Sequence record: OR142618.1
Direction: 5' to 3' (one strand)
DNA: 64,000 bases
Below the pieces are notes generated by a model that saw only the letters and a list, made by a program, of their open reading frames with translations, made no database searches and was not told the origin of the DNA. This document shows, piece after piece, positions 48,304-57,194 of this stretch. Each line of letters starts with the position of its first letter. Within the stretch, counting starts at the first letter, position 1. The translations under genes and the position numbers were made by a program.

Positions 48304-49270
48304 CATAATAAAACTAAAGGACGTATGTAACAAAACAGACGTTCTCCTAAGTGTTTTAAAGTTTTTGCTTAGGAAGACCCAGTTGTATGTTTAAAGGGTG
48401 AACGGTAACGGGCATTCTTGTTTAAGACTAGTTCTTATGAAGACATTGGCAACTAACATAGCAGCTTTGTTCCATCATTGGATATTGGTAGTAGAAACTA
48501 TCCCCATCGTGCCTTTACTGTAGTACCGTTAGAGACGGAGATGACGCAGGAAAAAAGGTTATTTAAATTATGATTTTGGGTGCTGCAGAACACTTTCGTA
48601 AACAAAAGGAATATAGTTTACGTATACACAACGGGAACGGGAAAAAGCTTTTTAAGCAAAAACGAGTCCCTGGTAATTGGTGTTTAACGGGAGTGACGTC
48701 CCAAATGTTATTCATCGATTAACACTGTAAGAAGGTTGTAAGGGTTATTGTGTTCGAAGTGGTTTACACAACTGTTCTTCCTACATTTATGTACAGAAGT
48801 GTAAACGAAAGGATGTTGCTCTGGTAGAAAAAGATCAACGTACTTTATGACACTATCCTTGTGACATATGTACTTGTACCAACAACAGCCGCAGGTTACG
48901 GATATGGTATTACAAACTGTACTGCGGTTCCGGGAGTTGAAAGTGGATGTTAGCTTAGGTGGCTGTTTGCTTAATTATAATGTTTAATTTAGGCAATATA
49001 AGCGTCGGGTGAGGCTTTCGTAGGTTGCGTGTTTATGCTACGGTGTAAATGGGCTAGACTACTGGCGCATACATGAGTATTGTAGGATTGGCGCTTTAAT
49101 AAAGAAATTTGTTAAAGTTTGAGTTTAGCTCCCCGCTCATTAGCAATAAACGTTGCTAGTCGATAGTATACCCACGCCTAAATAATGCCGTCATTGTTTA
49201 GTTTTTTTAAAAAATATAATTGTCAATTATATGTCGTACGCATCTACCCCGAAAAGGGGTAGATGTTTAT
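48304..49270 (+). ncRNA. Candidate large (~900-nt) highly structured non-coding RNA
   Basis: Perfect promoter, no ORF of 60 aa or more, 5'/3' end pairing (48310-26 with 49185-205), many nested stems with G-U pairs on the plus strand, terminator-like hairpin. Confidence 0.7.
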
Positions 49271-49498
49271 GACTTTCGTTTACACTCATGTCATAATCAG
49301 TACACGCCATTTTAGGCCATTCTACATCAATACACTGCTTCTAGCAGTGTATTGGACATACAAAATGATCTTAAATTATATCAAATTTGTTTAATTACTT
49401 TAATTTTGTTACTTTAGTAATTTGTATTTTGTTTATATGAGTTGTAGTTTACGAAAACGAATATAAACAAAATACATATGTGAACTGTAGTTCACATA
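49214..49498. repeat. Cluster of perfect inverted repeats
   Basis: 49214-32 (9 bp), 49328-54 (12 bp), 49424-75 (15 bp), 49477-98 (10 bp). Confidence 0.85.
49241..49270 (+). terminator. Terminator-like hairpin
   Basis: CATCTACCCC-GAAAA-GGGGTAGATG then TTTAT (short T tract). Confidence 0.65.
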
Positions 49499-49650
49499 CT
49501 TACTAACGTTGTATATTACGGTAATTCTATAAAATATCTCTATATAATTATAAACGTTTTATGGCATACTACGACTGAACGAAATTGAAAATTAACTAGA
49601 GATTTAATTAGATAAATAATATTGTAAAAATTGTATAGAGGTATACATCA

Positions 49651-50103
49651 ATGAACGATTACACACATTACACAGAGGAAGATTTCATATTTTTAGCATA
49701 TGATTTAAATACTCAGCTTATAAATGATGGATATCCTGACGCTGCTGTAAAATTTATTACTAATCAGTTTATTTTAGAGCATAGACATCCTGACGAAATA
49801 AAACGTTGTATAGGATGTAATTCTAAAATGTACGAAGATGTTATTGCTACTAAGAGAAATTTATCTGGTAAATCGCATTGCAGACATTGCGAATCGAAAC
49901 TTAGTATGTATAAGGAAGTTGTTAAAGAAGTAGCAAATACAACACAAATACTTCGCATACCAGAAAAACATTTAAATTCAGTTAAACGATTAATTAGAAT
50001 ATATAATGAGCAAAACAAAACTAGTGCATATCAGAGTATATTAGTTAAAACAAAGAAACTTAACACAGGAGTTTCTAAAAAGTCAAAAAGAAAGGGACGT
50101 TAA
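49651..50103 (+). CDS. Hypothetical protein with CxxC..CxxC zinc ribbon and basic tail
   Basis: CIGC..CRHC; GAGG RBS; GATAAATA at 49611-18. Confidence 0.8.
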   Translation: MNDYTHYTEEDFIFLAYDLNTQLINDGYPDAAVKFITNQFILEHRHPDEIKRCIGCNSKMYEDVIATKRNLSGKSHCRHCESKLSMYKEVVKEVANTTQILRIPEKHLNSVKRLIRIYNEQNKTSAYQSILVKTKKLNTGVSKKSKRKGR

Positions 50104-50119
50104 TTGTCCCTTTCTTTTT
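50085..50119. terminator. Bidirectional terminator
   Basis: AAAAAGAAAGGGAC/GTCCCTTTCTTTTT. Confidence 0.85.
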
Positions 50120-50339
50120 ATAGGAAGCTTCTACCTGTTTCTGCTTCGATTTTTTGTTTAATAAATTCTCCTAAACGTACCCGCTCTTGATATGATAAAG
50201 ACCAAGCAGTGTGCCAGTCAAATCCATTAATTTTATCACATATTTGGACTATTTCGCCTTCTAATCCCAGTGATTCTTGTTCATATTCTTGTATAACGTT
50301 CCTAATATCATCTGGGGTTCCCGATACTAGGATTCTCTG
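50118..50339 (-). CDS. 73-codon -1-frame extension of 50327..51181 (gp51/GT-like), no start codon of its own
   Basis: Open frame QRILVSG..DWHTAWSLSYQER..SFL*; in-frame TAA just upstream of the slippery heptamer. Confidence 0.75.
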   Translation of the reverse strand, partial: QRILVSGTPDDIRNVIQEYEQESLGLEGEIVQICDKINGFDWHTAWSLSYQERVRLGEFIKQKIEAETGRSFL

Positions 50340-51181
50340 AAAAAACTTACTGGGTTAAAATCTACAGGTACTACAAAACTTTTATTACAGTTGTCGCATA
50401 CTGCATCAAAGTCGCCATTAACTCCTACTTGATTTATTTCTTTTAAAAGACTATCTATTTTATTAACATCTGCTCTATCTATATTTGCTATAAATTCTTT
50501 TATATCAGCTAGTGTCTGAGCAGTATTGTTAACTATGTCTATACCGTTAGTTTCATCTACAATACGAACTATTGTTTTTGCAATTAATTCAAAATTTAAT
50601 GATGACAGTTCATTTATTGTATTAGAAAAGGCAGAAAGTTTTTCTTCATCTGAATACATATCGCTTTGCATTATTCTAATAAATTTTGCTTGTTCTAATG
50701 CAGTTTTTGCAACTGTCATATTATCTGAAAAATCATATGGTCTAATAAATATAGATAGACCGTTATCAAGGTTTACGACGTATTGATCTTCTAAATAAGT
50801 GGACGTATTAATAACATTTAATAAGTCTATTCCATATAAATTTTTATGATTGCAATGCGGGCACGTAGAAGAAATATCTATTGTGTTACCGTATGATGCT
50901 GCTTTTATAGCAACACATATCATATGAATGTCATTAATCAAGAGTTTATTTACATCTTTAATTCCCGGTACACAACTCTTAATTACTTCTTTTAAGCCTT
51001 CACCGTTCACTAATGCATCAGGATTTTTTATTAATACTTCATCTTTTCCTGTCATAGCATATACCCCTAGTTCTCCGGAATCGGTGTATTCTACAACATT
51101 TGATGGATAAAATGAATTTCCGCTGGGCAAACGAATATAAGATTTGAATGTTCTGTAATATTGATGTAATTTGTTGCTCAT
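50327..51181 (-). CDS. Baseplate-hub/tail assembly chaperone (T4 gp26-like)
   Basis: YRTFKSYIRLPSG.FY..VYAMTGKDE..NPDALVNG..CPHC..C..C; next to the tape-measure-like gene. Confidence 0.75.
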   Translation of the reverse strand: MSNKLHQYYRTFKSYIRLPSGNSFYPSNVVEYTDSGELGVYAMTGKDEVLIKNPDALVNGEGLKEVIKSCVPGIKDVNKLLINDIHMICVAIKAASYGNTIDISSTCPHCNHKNLYGIDLLNVINTSTYLEDQYVVNLDNGLSIFIRPYDFSDNMTVAKTALEQAKFIRIMQSDMYSDEEKLSAFSNTINELSSLNFELIAKTIVRIVDETNGIDIVNNTAQTLADIKEFIANIDRADVNKIDSLLKEINQVGVNGDFDAVCDNCNKSFVVPVDFNPVSFFRES

Positions 51182-51200
51182 AGTGTGTATATGCTCTTTT

Positions 51201-51228
51201 GATAAATATGCTATATACCGTATTTATC
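51201..51228. promoter_or_regulatory. Overlapping divergent late promoters (GATAAATA plus 51201-08, minus 51221-28)
   Basis: Two inverted octamers 12 nt apart between divergent tail genes. Confidence 0.65.
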
Positions 51229-51250
51229 ATAGCATTTTATAGAGGTTCTT

Positions 51251-53647
51251 GTGGCAGAAGATATTAGAATTGTTGGCGTTGATCCTAGTGTCCCTGGCTG
51301 GGCTAGAGAAGAAACTCTTAATAAAATAGTATCTGAGTTAAAAAAACTCAATGGATCTAATACAAGAGAAAACGACGAACTAAAAGATGCAGTAGATGAA
51401 CTAGTTAGGGTAACCCGTAGATCTAACGAAGATACATCTAGAACAGATAATAACACTGAAATAAAAGAAGCATTAAATAGATTATCTTCTTCGTTAAAAC
51501 AACAGAAAAAATCTGATAATTCTTTATCTGCAAAGCAAGGGGGAAACAAACCTCCCGTATTGCCGCCTGACAATAAGAAATCTAAATTAGATACATATAC
51601 TATAGGCGCATTTATTACTGCCGTCGGTACTGCTTCAAAGGCAGTAGCAAAATTTACTTTAAGTATGGCATCTTTTGCAGTTGGCGGAAGTATATATGCT
51701 GCATTAAAGCAAGCTGCATCGTCGCAACTTACTTTATCTAGAGATTTATATAAATCAGGTTGGAACTTCGGAACGGTATTAGACGATGCATCTGGTATTA
51801 TTAAATCTACCAACTTAGACGGTATTTCGTATGCCATAAAAGGTTTAGGTATAAATTCATCTGCACTATCTGAAGTATTAAAAGGCAATGAATTAGCAAT
51901 ACAAAAATACGGAATAAAATCGTTTGTAGATTTGTCTTCTAGCTTAAAAAGACAAGGCAATAGCTTAGGTATGTCTTTAAAAGAAACAGCAGATTATGTA
52001 GGAGAATATTTAGAATCTCAACGTTTAATGGGTACATTTGATAAAATGCGCCAAGTAAACATGACTGCCCTTGCATCTAAAGCACTTAAAGATACCCAAG
52101 CATTTGCTACTGCATTAAGAATGTCTACAGAAGACCTTCAGGCAAAAATGAATGAAAGTTTAAAAGATGTAGACTTTCGTGTAGCAATAGAATCAGTTAA
52201 CGCAAATTCTAAAGAAGCCGCCGCCCAAATTTATGCCGCTTTGCCGGAACAATTGCAAACTATGTTTAAGGTAGCTCTTAAAGATACTCCGTCTTTTATG
52301 GCATCCAAAGAATACGCCGATTTAATAAAATCCGGGCAAGGAGAATTAGCTAGACAAATAATTGCAGTATCATCTGGACTGAAATCTGGTAATATAACTA
52401 ACGGTCAGGCAGATGATGCAATGAAACGACTTATAAAATCTACTAGTTTTGCAGAAAGTACAATGCGTAGACTTGCTATGCTAGATGCTCGTGGACTAAT
52501 AGATAGTAATGTTGCTGCTGCTGCGTATGGATTAAAAGACCTTAGAGATAAAATGGATGGTCATTATGAAGGAATCCAAAATACAGAAGCTACAAATTTA
52601 GCAAAAGTCGAAGATGTAAGAAATAGAGCATTAGCTGTATTAGATACGTTTGTATCATCTATAATGAGAGCAGGATTCGAATCTGATGAATTTGCTAAAT
52701 TATTAGATAATGCAAATGAAATGTTAAAAACAATTCATAATACAGCAGAAGACTTAGGTAAACAATTAGGTCCGGAATTATTTAAATTTGTTAACAATGC
52801 TATGGAATATCTAAATGGTTTATTTAGTAAAGATGTAGCAGGAAATATAAATGTAAATTATTCTAAAATAATAGGAGATATTTTAACAAGTTCCGGTGCT
52901 GCTATAGTAGTTGGCGTTCTTGCTATTATGACTACATTTAAAGGTGTTGTTATTTCTTCGTTATCGTCGTGGCTTAAAGGTGCATCAGGACCTATGTCAT
53001 CATTAGGTGGCACCGTAAAAACTATAGCAGGAAGATTAGGGGCATTTGCAGCACTAGCAGTATCGTTTACAAATGGAATAGGTAGATTAAGTCAATCAAT
53101 TTCGGAAGGCGGCGATGCAATAGAATCTGCATTGAATTTTTTATCGGGCGCCGGCGAAGGTATAATAGATCCTGTGTTTAAATCCCTTACATGGGCAGCT
53201 AACAAATTAGGTATAGTATCTGATGAAGCAGCAGATGGATTTAGTAAATACATCAGTGATACTAATTTGCAACAGTTCTTGGGTCTACAAGATATACCTA
53301 TAAAAGTAGAAACTACTAATAAACCTGCATATACACCGCCTGGACCTACTGCTACTAAAACATCTGCATACGGTAAAATAGAAACTCCGAAAGCTCCTGC
53401 TATAATTCCTACAGCTCAGCCAGATGTCGCAGACGCAGCAAAACAAAGTCCTACTCCTGTAGATCCTACTAGCAATATAAAGCCTATAGAAAATACAGGA
53501 ATGAGTTCTCAAGACATGCTAAATAGAAGTACAGATAAACTTATACGTTTACAAGAAGAACAAATACGACAGTTACAAGAGCTTGTAGATATTCAGCGCA
53601 GAGCATTAGCTGCTACTAGAGAAACTGGATTTACAAGAACTAGGTAA
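51251..53647 (+). CDS. Tape-measure-like protein
   Basis: Long helical Ala/Gly/Ser-rich protein with hydrophobic segments, beside the chaperone gene; GTG start. Confidence 0.65.
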   Translation: MAEDIRIVGVDPSVPGWAREETLNKIVSELKKLNGSNTRENDELKDAVDELVRVTRRSNEDTSRTDNNTEIKEALNRLSSSLKQQKKSDNSLSAKQGGNKPPVLPPDNKKSKLDTYTIGAFITAVGTASKAVAKFTLSMASFAVGGSIYAALKQAASSQLTLSRDLYKSGWNFGTVLDDASGIIKSTNLDGISYAIKGLGINSSALSEVLKGNELAIQKYGIKSFVDLSSSLKRQGNSLGMSLKETADYVGEYLESQRLMGTFDKMRQVNMTALASKALKDTQAFATALRMSTEDLQAKMNESLKDVDFRVAIESVNANSKEAAAQIYAALPEQLQTMFKVALKDTPSFMASKEYADLIKSGQGELARQIIAVSSGLKSGNITNGQADDAMKRLIKSTSFAESTMRRLAMLDARGLIDSNVAAAAYGLKDLRDKMDGHYEGIQNTEATNLAKVEDVRNRALAVLDTFVSSIMRAGFESDEFAKLLDNANEMLKTIHNTAEDLGKQLGPELFKFVNNAMEYLNGLFSKDVAGNINVNYSKIIGDILTSSGAAIVVGVLAIMTTFKGVVISSLSSWLKGASGPMSSLGGTVKTIAGRLGAFAALAVSFTNGIGRLSQSISEGGDAIESALNFLSGAGEGIIDPVFKSLTWAANKLGIVSDEAADGFSKYISDTNLQQFLGLQDIPIKVETTNKPAYTPPGPTATKTSAYGKIETPKAPAIIPTAQPDVADAAKQSPTPVDPTSNIKPIENTGMSSQDMLNRSTDKLIRLQEEQIRQLQELVDIQRRALAATRETGFTRTR

Positions 53648-53676
53648 TAAACACAATATATATTGAGATAGAGTAC

Positions 53677-55392
53677 ATGTCTAGTTGGAAAAAACATTTT
53701 AAGCCTGCATCAAATTCAGCGCTGCCTATACAAACTAAAAATACATCTGGTTATGCTTCTGCTGTTTCAAAATATAACACATGGCTTCCTGAAGTTTATA
53801 TGGGTCCGCCTAACAGATTGGAGCGGTACATTCAATATGAACAAATGGATCTAGATCACGAAGTAAACACTGCATTAGATACTATAGCAGAGTTTTCTAC
53901 ACAACCAGACGGTGTAACTGGATTACCATTAAATATAAAATTTACAGAAGAACCTACCGAAACAGAATTAAAAATTTTAACAAAAAGCTTAAAAAGATGG
54001 ATACATCTTAATAAGTTTGAAGATAGGCTTTTCGGTATTTTTAGATCTACAATAAAGTATGGAGATCAATTCTTTATAAGAGATCCAGAAACTTACGAAT
54101 TATATTGGGTAGACCCGCACAAAGTAGAAAAAATAATTGTTAACGAAAGTAAAGGAAAAGAAATAGAGACCTATTTCATTAAAGATGTCGATTTAAATAC
54201 TGCAGAGTTAGTAGGATCTAATGTAACTAATAAAATACAAATAGGATACGGAAACACAGCATCTGCTTTCCCCCAAGCAACTATGGGAATAAATCCTGCA
54301 GGACCATACGCATCTGCAAATAATCCTAGTCAGAATGGCTCGTTAGCTAACAGCGAAGCTATGCCGATAAATGCAACGCATATAGTTCATTTTTCTATGA
54401 CAGAAGGTATGAATTCTGCGTGGCCATTCGGTACTAGTGAATTAGAGACTATATTTAAAGTATATAAGCAAAAAGAAATGCTTGAAGATGCAATGCTTAT
54501 ATATAGAATTCATCGTGCACCGGAAAGACGTGTGTTTATTATCGACACAGGTAACTTGCCTCCTAACAAAGCTCAGCAAGTGTTAGAGCGCGTTAAATAT
54601 GAAGTACAACAAAAAAGGATTCCTAATAAAACTGGCGGCGGAAGTAATATTCTAGACTCGTCATATAACCCTCTTTCTACTCTTGAAGATTATTATTTTG
54701 CTCAATCAGCAGACGGCAGAGGATCGAAAGTAGATGTTTTACCAGGAGGTTCTAATCTAGGCGAAATAGATGATATGCGTTATTTTAATAATAAAATGAT
54801 GCGTGCGTTAGGAGTTCCTAGTTCATATCTGCCTACAGGGCCCGATGATGGTACAGCAGGATATAATGATGGAAGAGTAGGAACTGCATATATACAAGAA
54901 TATAGATTTAGTGAAAGATGCAAAAGACATCAACGCCAGATAGTAAAAACATTAGATAAAGAATTTAAACTATATCTTAAGTTTAGTGGCATTACTATAG
55001 ACAATAGTATATTTAATATAACATTTGTAGAGCCACAAAATTTTGCTAAATATCGACAAATAGATATGGATTCTGCTCAAGTTGCAGTTTTTAATGGAAT
55101 TGCTGATGTCCCCTACATAAGTAAGCGGTTTGCATTAAAACGTTATTTAGGTTGGGGAGAAGCTGAAATTCTAGAAAACGAAAAAATGTATGCAGAAGAA
55201 CAGAGTCTTAAAAACAAACGTGGTAAAAAAGCTGATGCTGGTATGAGACAAGTGGGTATTTCGCCGGCTGCGCTAGCTGGTGTTGGGGAGTTTGATACTA
55301 GTGCAGTTAGTGATAGTTCTGACTTTAGTGATGACGATATAGTCGATGATATTGATTTAGATCAAACAGTAGAAGACTTTGGGAAAGAATAA
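53677..55392 (+). CDS. gp20: Portal protein, T4 gp20-like
   Basis: LEDAMLIYRIHRAPERRVF.ID.GNLP..KA; EDYYF..GRGSKVDVLPGGSNLGEIDD. Confidence 0.95.
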   Translation: MSSWKKHFKPASNSALPIQTKNTSGYASAVSKYNTWLPEVYMGPPNRLERYIQYEQMDLDHEVNTALDTIAEFSTQPDGVTGLPLNIKFTEEPTETELKILTKSLKRWIHLNKFEDRLFGIFRSTIKYGDQFFIRDPETYELYWVDPHKVEKIIVNESKGKEIETYFIKDVDLNTAELVGSNVTNKIQIGYGNTASAFPQATMGINPAGPYASANNPSQNGSLANSEAMPINATHIVHFSMTEGMNSAWPFGTSELETIFKVYKQKEMLEDAMLIYRIHRAPERRVFIIDTGNLPPNKAQQVLERVKYEVQQKRIPNKTGGGSNILDSSYNPLSTLEDYYFAQSADGRGSKVDVLPGGSNLGEIDDMRYFNNKMMRALGVPSSYLPTGPDDGTAGYNDGRVGTAYIQEYRFSERCKRHQRQIVKTLDKEFKLYLKFSGITIDNSIFNITFVEPQNFAKYRQIDMDSAQVAVFNGIADVPYISKRFALKRYLGWGEAEILENEKMYAEEQSLKNKRGKKADAGMRQVGISPAALAGVGEFDTSAVSDSSDFSDDDIVDDIDLDQTVEDFGKE

Positions 55393-55613
55393 TGAAAATA
55401 AACGATATTATAACAGAAGGTTATTATAATCCTGCAGACGATTCTAGTGCAATTGCACATAAGTCAGACACACGTAGACCTAGACTAACATTTTCTCATT
55501 TAAATAAGCTTAGAAAAATGAGAGAATTGCGTAAAGTAGAAACAGAAGAACATTTAGTGTTAGTTAGACAAATGTATAGCCAGCCGACACAATCGGACGA
55601 TGCATTTGGATAA
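55392..55613 (+). CDS. Small conserved head-region protein
   Basis: DTRRPRLTFSHLNKLRKMRE; overlaps the portal stop; terminator 55637-58. Confidence 0.75.
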   Translation: MKINDIITEGYYNPADDSSAIAHKSDTRRPRLTFSHLNKLRKMRELRKVETEEHLVLVRQMYSQPTQSDDAFG

Positions 55614-55679
55614 AATTTCTAAAAATGTTAGTTTTTGGGGCATAAATGCCCCTTTTTTAATATTAAGTGTAAATACCGA

Positions 55680-55687
55680 TATAAATA
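55680..55687 (+). promoter_or_regulatory. Late promoter TATAAATA
   Basis: Exact T4 late consensus upstream of the head operon. Confidence 0.75.
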
Positions 55688-55718
55688 ATATACAACGTTT
55701 TCCTAAAGGAGTAAAAAC

Positions 55719-56531
55719 ATGTCTCATCGTAAGGAACTAGAAAAAGTTCTAGATCTTCTACTAAATGAAAATGCAGAACAAGCTTCGGCATTATTACATC
55801 AAATTGTTGTAGCTAAAGCTCGTGATATTTACGAACAAGAATCTGCAGATTTTGAAGAAGATTTTGTAAATGAAGAAGTAGGTGGCGACAGCCGCGAATC
55901 GTTTATCGACGACATTAAATCTGACGAAGAAGAAATCGATGCAGATGAAATGTTTGATGATCAGTCTAGCGAATTAAATTCTGAAGATGAAGAAGAAGCT
56001 GATGTTGATCAAGATATAGAAGATAAAGTAGAAGATCTAGAAGCTCAGTTAGCTGCATTAAAAGCAGAATTTGAAACTCTAGTAAGTCAAGAAGAAGATG
56101 AACCGTATCATCCTAATTTAGAACAAGATTTAGATGATGCTGCCGCTGATGCCCTAGAAAAATTTGAAAGTTTAGAAGAAGCAACTAAGTTTAGTGATTC
56201 TGTAAACGTAGATATGAAACAAGAAGGTAAATTAGCAGGAACAGGTAATAAAAGTAAAACTGGTTCTGTAGATAAAGAATCACCTTTTAGCAAACCTACT
56301 CAAAAGAAAAATTACGGAGTAGATCCTGTTAAATTTGCTAAATCTACTAATCAAGGCGCTGAAGCTTCAAAGAAAGCAGACGAATCGTGTGATTTGAATA
56401 CAGAAGCTACTCCTGAAAAAGTTAGCGATCCTGCAATGAAACAAGAAGGTAAATTAGCAGGAACAGGTAATAAAAGTAAAACTGGTTCTGTAGATAAAGA
56501 ATCACCCCTATCTAAAGCACCTAAGAAGTAA
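55719..56531 (+). CDS. Acidic prohead core protein (gp67-like position) with internal duplication
   Basis: Very D/E-rich; between portal and protease; exact 71-bp repeat 56214-84/56436-506. Confidence 0.75.
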   Translation: MSHRKELEKVLDLLLNENAEQASALLHQIVVAKARDIYEQESADFEEDFVNEEVGGDSRESFIDDIKSDEEEIDADEMFDDQSSELNSEDEEEADVDQDIEDKVEDLEAQLAALKAEFETLVSQEEDEPYHPNLEQDLDDAAADALEKFESLEEATKFSDSVNVDMKQEGKLAGTGNKSKTGSVDKESPFSKPTQKKNYGVDPVKFAKSTNQGAEASKKADESCDLNTEATPEKVSDPAMKQEGKLAGTGNKSKTGSVDKESPLSKAPKK

Positions 56532-56549
56532 TTTAGGATAAGTATAAGT

Positions 56550-57182
56550 ATGGCTAGACAGCTTTACGAATATATGTCCCAATCTAAGGGATCGATAATA
56601 ATAGAACACGGCACTGGACCTGACGGTGCCCGTGATCTATTTATGCGCGGAATATTTATTCAAGGTGATGTAAAAAATCATAATCAGCGCATCTATCCCC
56701 TACATGAAATATCTCATGCAGTTGAATCAGTAAAAGCAAAAATACAGGAAGGGTTTTCTGTTTTAGGAGAACTCGATCATCCAGAAGAATTAACTATTAA
56801 TTTAGACAGAGTGTCTCATATAATCACAGAAATGTGGATGGAAGGCAACTGCGGCTACGGCAAATTAAAATTATTAGATACTCCTACTGGAATTATTGCT
56901 AAAAGCTTATTAACTGCCGGAGCCAAATTGGGCGTAAGTTCTCGCGGCTCAGGTAATGTAGGTTATGACGGTGTAGTGAGCGACTTTGATATTGTAACAG
57001 TTGACATTGTTGCACAACCGAGCGCGCCTAATGCATATCCTAAACCTATATATGAAAGTTTATACAACATGAAAGGCGGCGAAATCATTATGGATTTAGC
57101 CCGTAACACACCACAGGATCCTAGTGCAGATAAATATCTCAGTAGGGAAATAATAAAACTTATATCCGAATTGAAAAAATAG
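56550..57182 (+). CDS. gp21: Prohead protease, T4 gp21-like
   Basis: NHNQRIYP, LGELDHP, GVSSRGSG, DIVAQPSAPNA. Confidence 0.95.
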   Translation: MARQLYEYMSQSKGSIIIEHGTGPDGARDLFMRGIFIQGDVKNHNQRIYPLHEISHAVESVKAKIQEGFSVLGELDHPEELTINLDRVSHIITEMWMEGNCGYGKLKLLDTPTGIIAKSLLTAGAKLGVSSRGSGNVGYDGVVSDFDIVTVDIVAQPSAPNAYPKPIYESLYNMKGGEIIMDLARNTPQDPSADKYLSREIIKLISELKK

Positions 57183-57194
57183 TAGGAGATTTAA

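Noticed and set aside
48317-48330. AAGGA followed by ATG-TAA (two-codon minigene) at the 5' end of the large RNA
   Set aside because: SD-to-start spacing is only about 3 nt and the bases lie in the predicted terminal helix; likely incidental.
48304-49205. Large RNA as a group I/II intron, tmRNA, RNase P, or a recoded/decayed gene
   Set aside because: No interrupted flanking exon, no domain V or P7/S-type motif, no tRNA-like ends or GAGGAAAGUCC seen; TAA/TAG/TGA stops are mixed, so a single reassigned codon does not open a frame.
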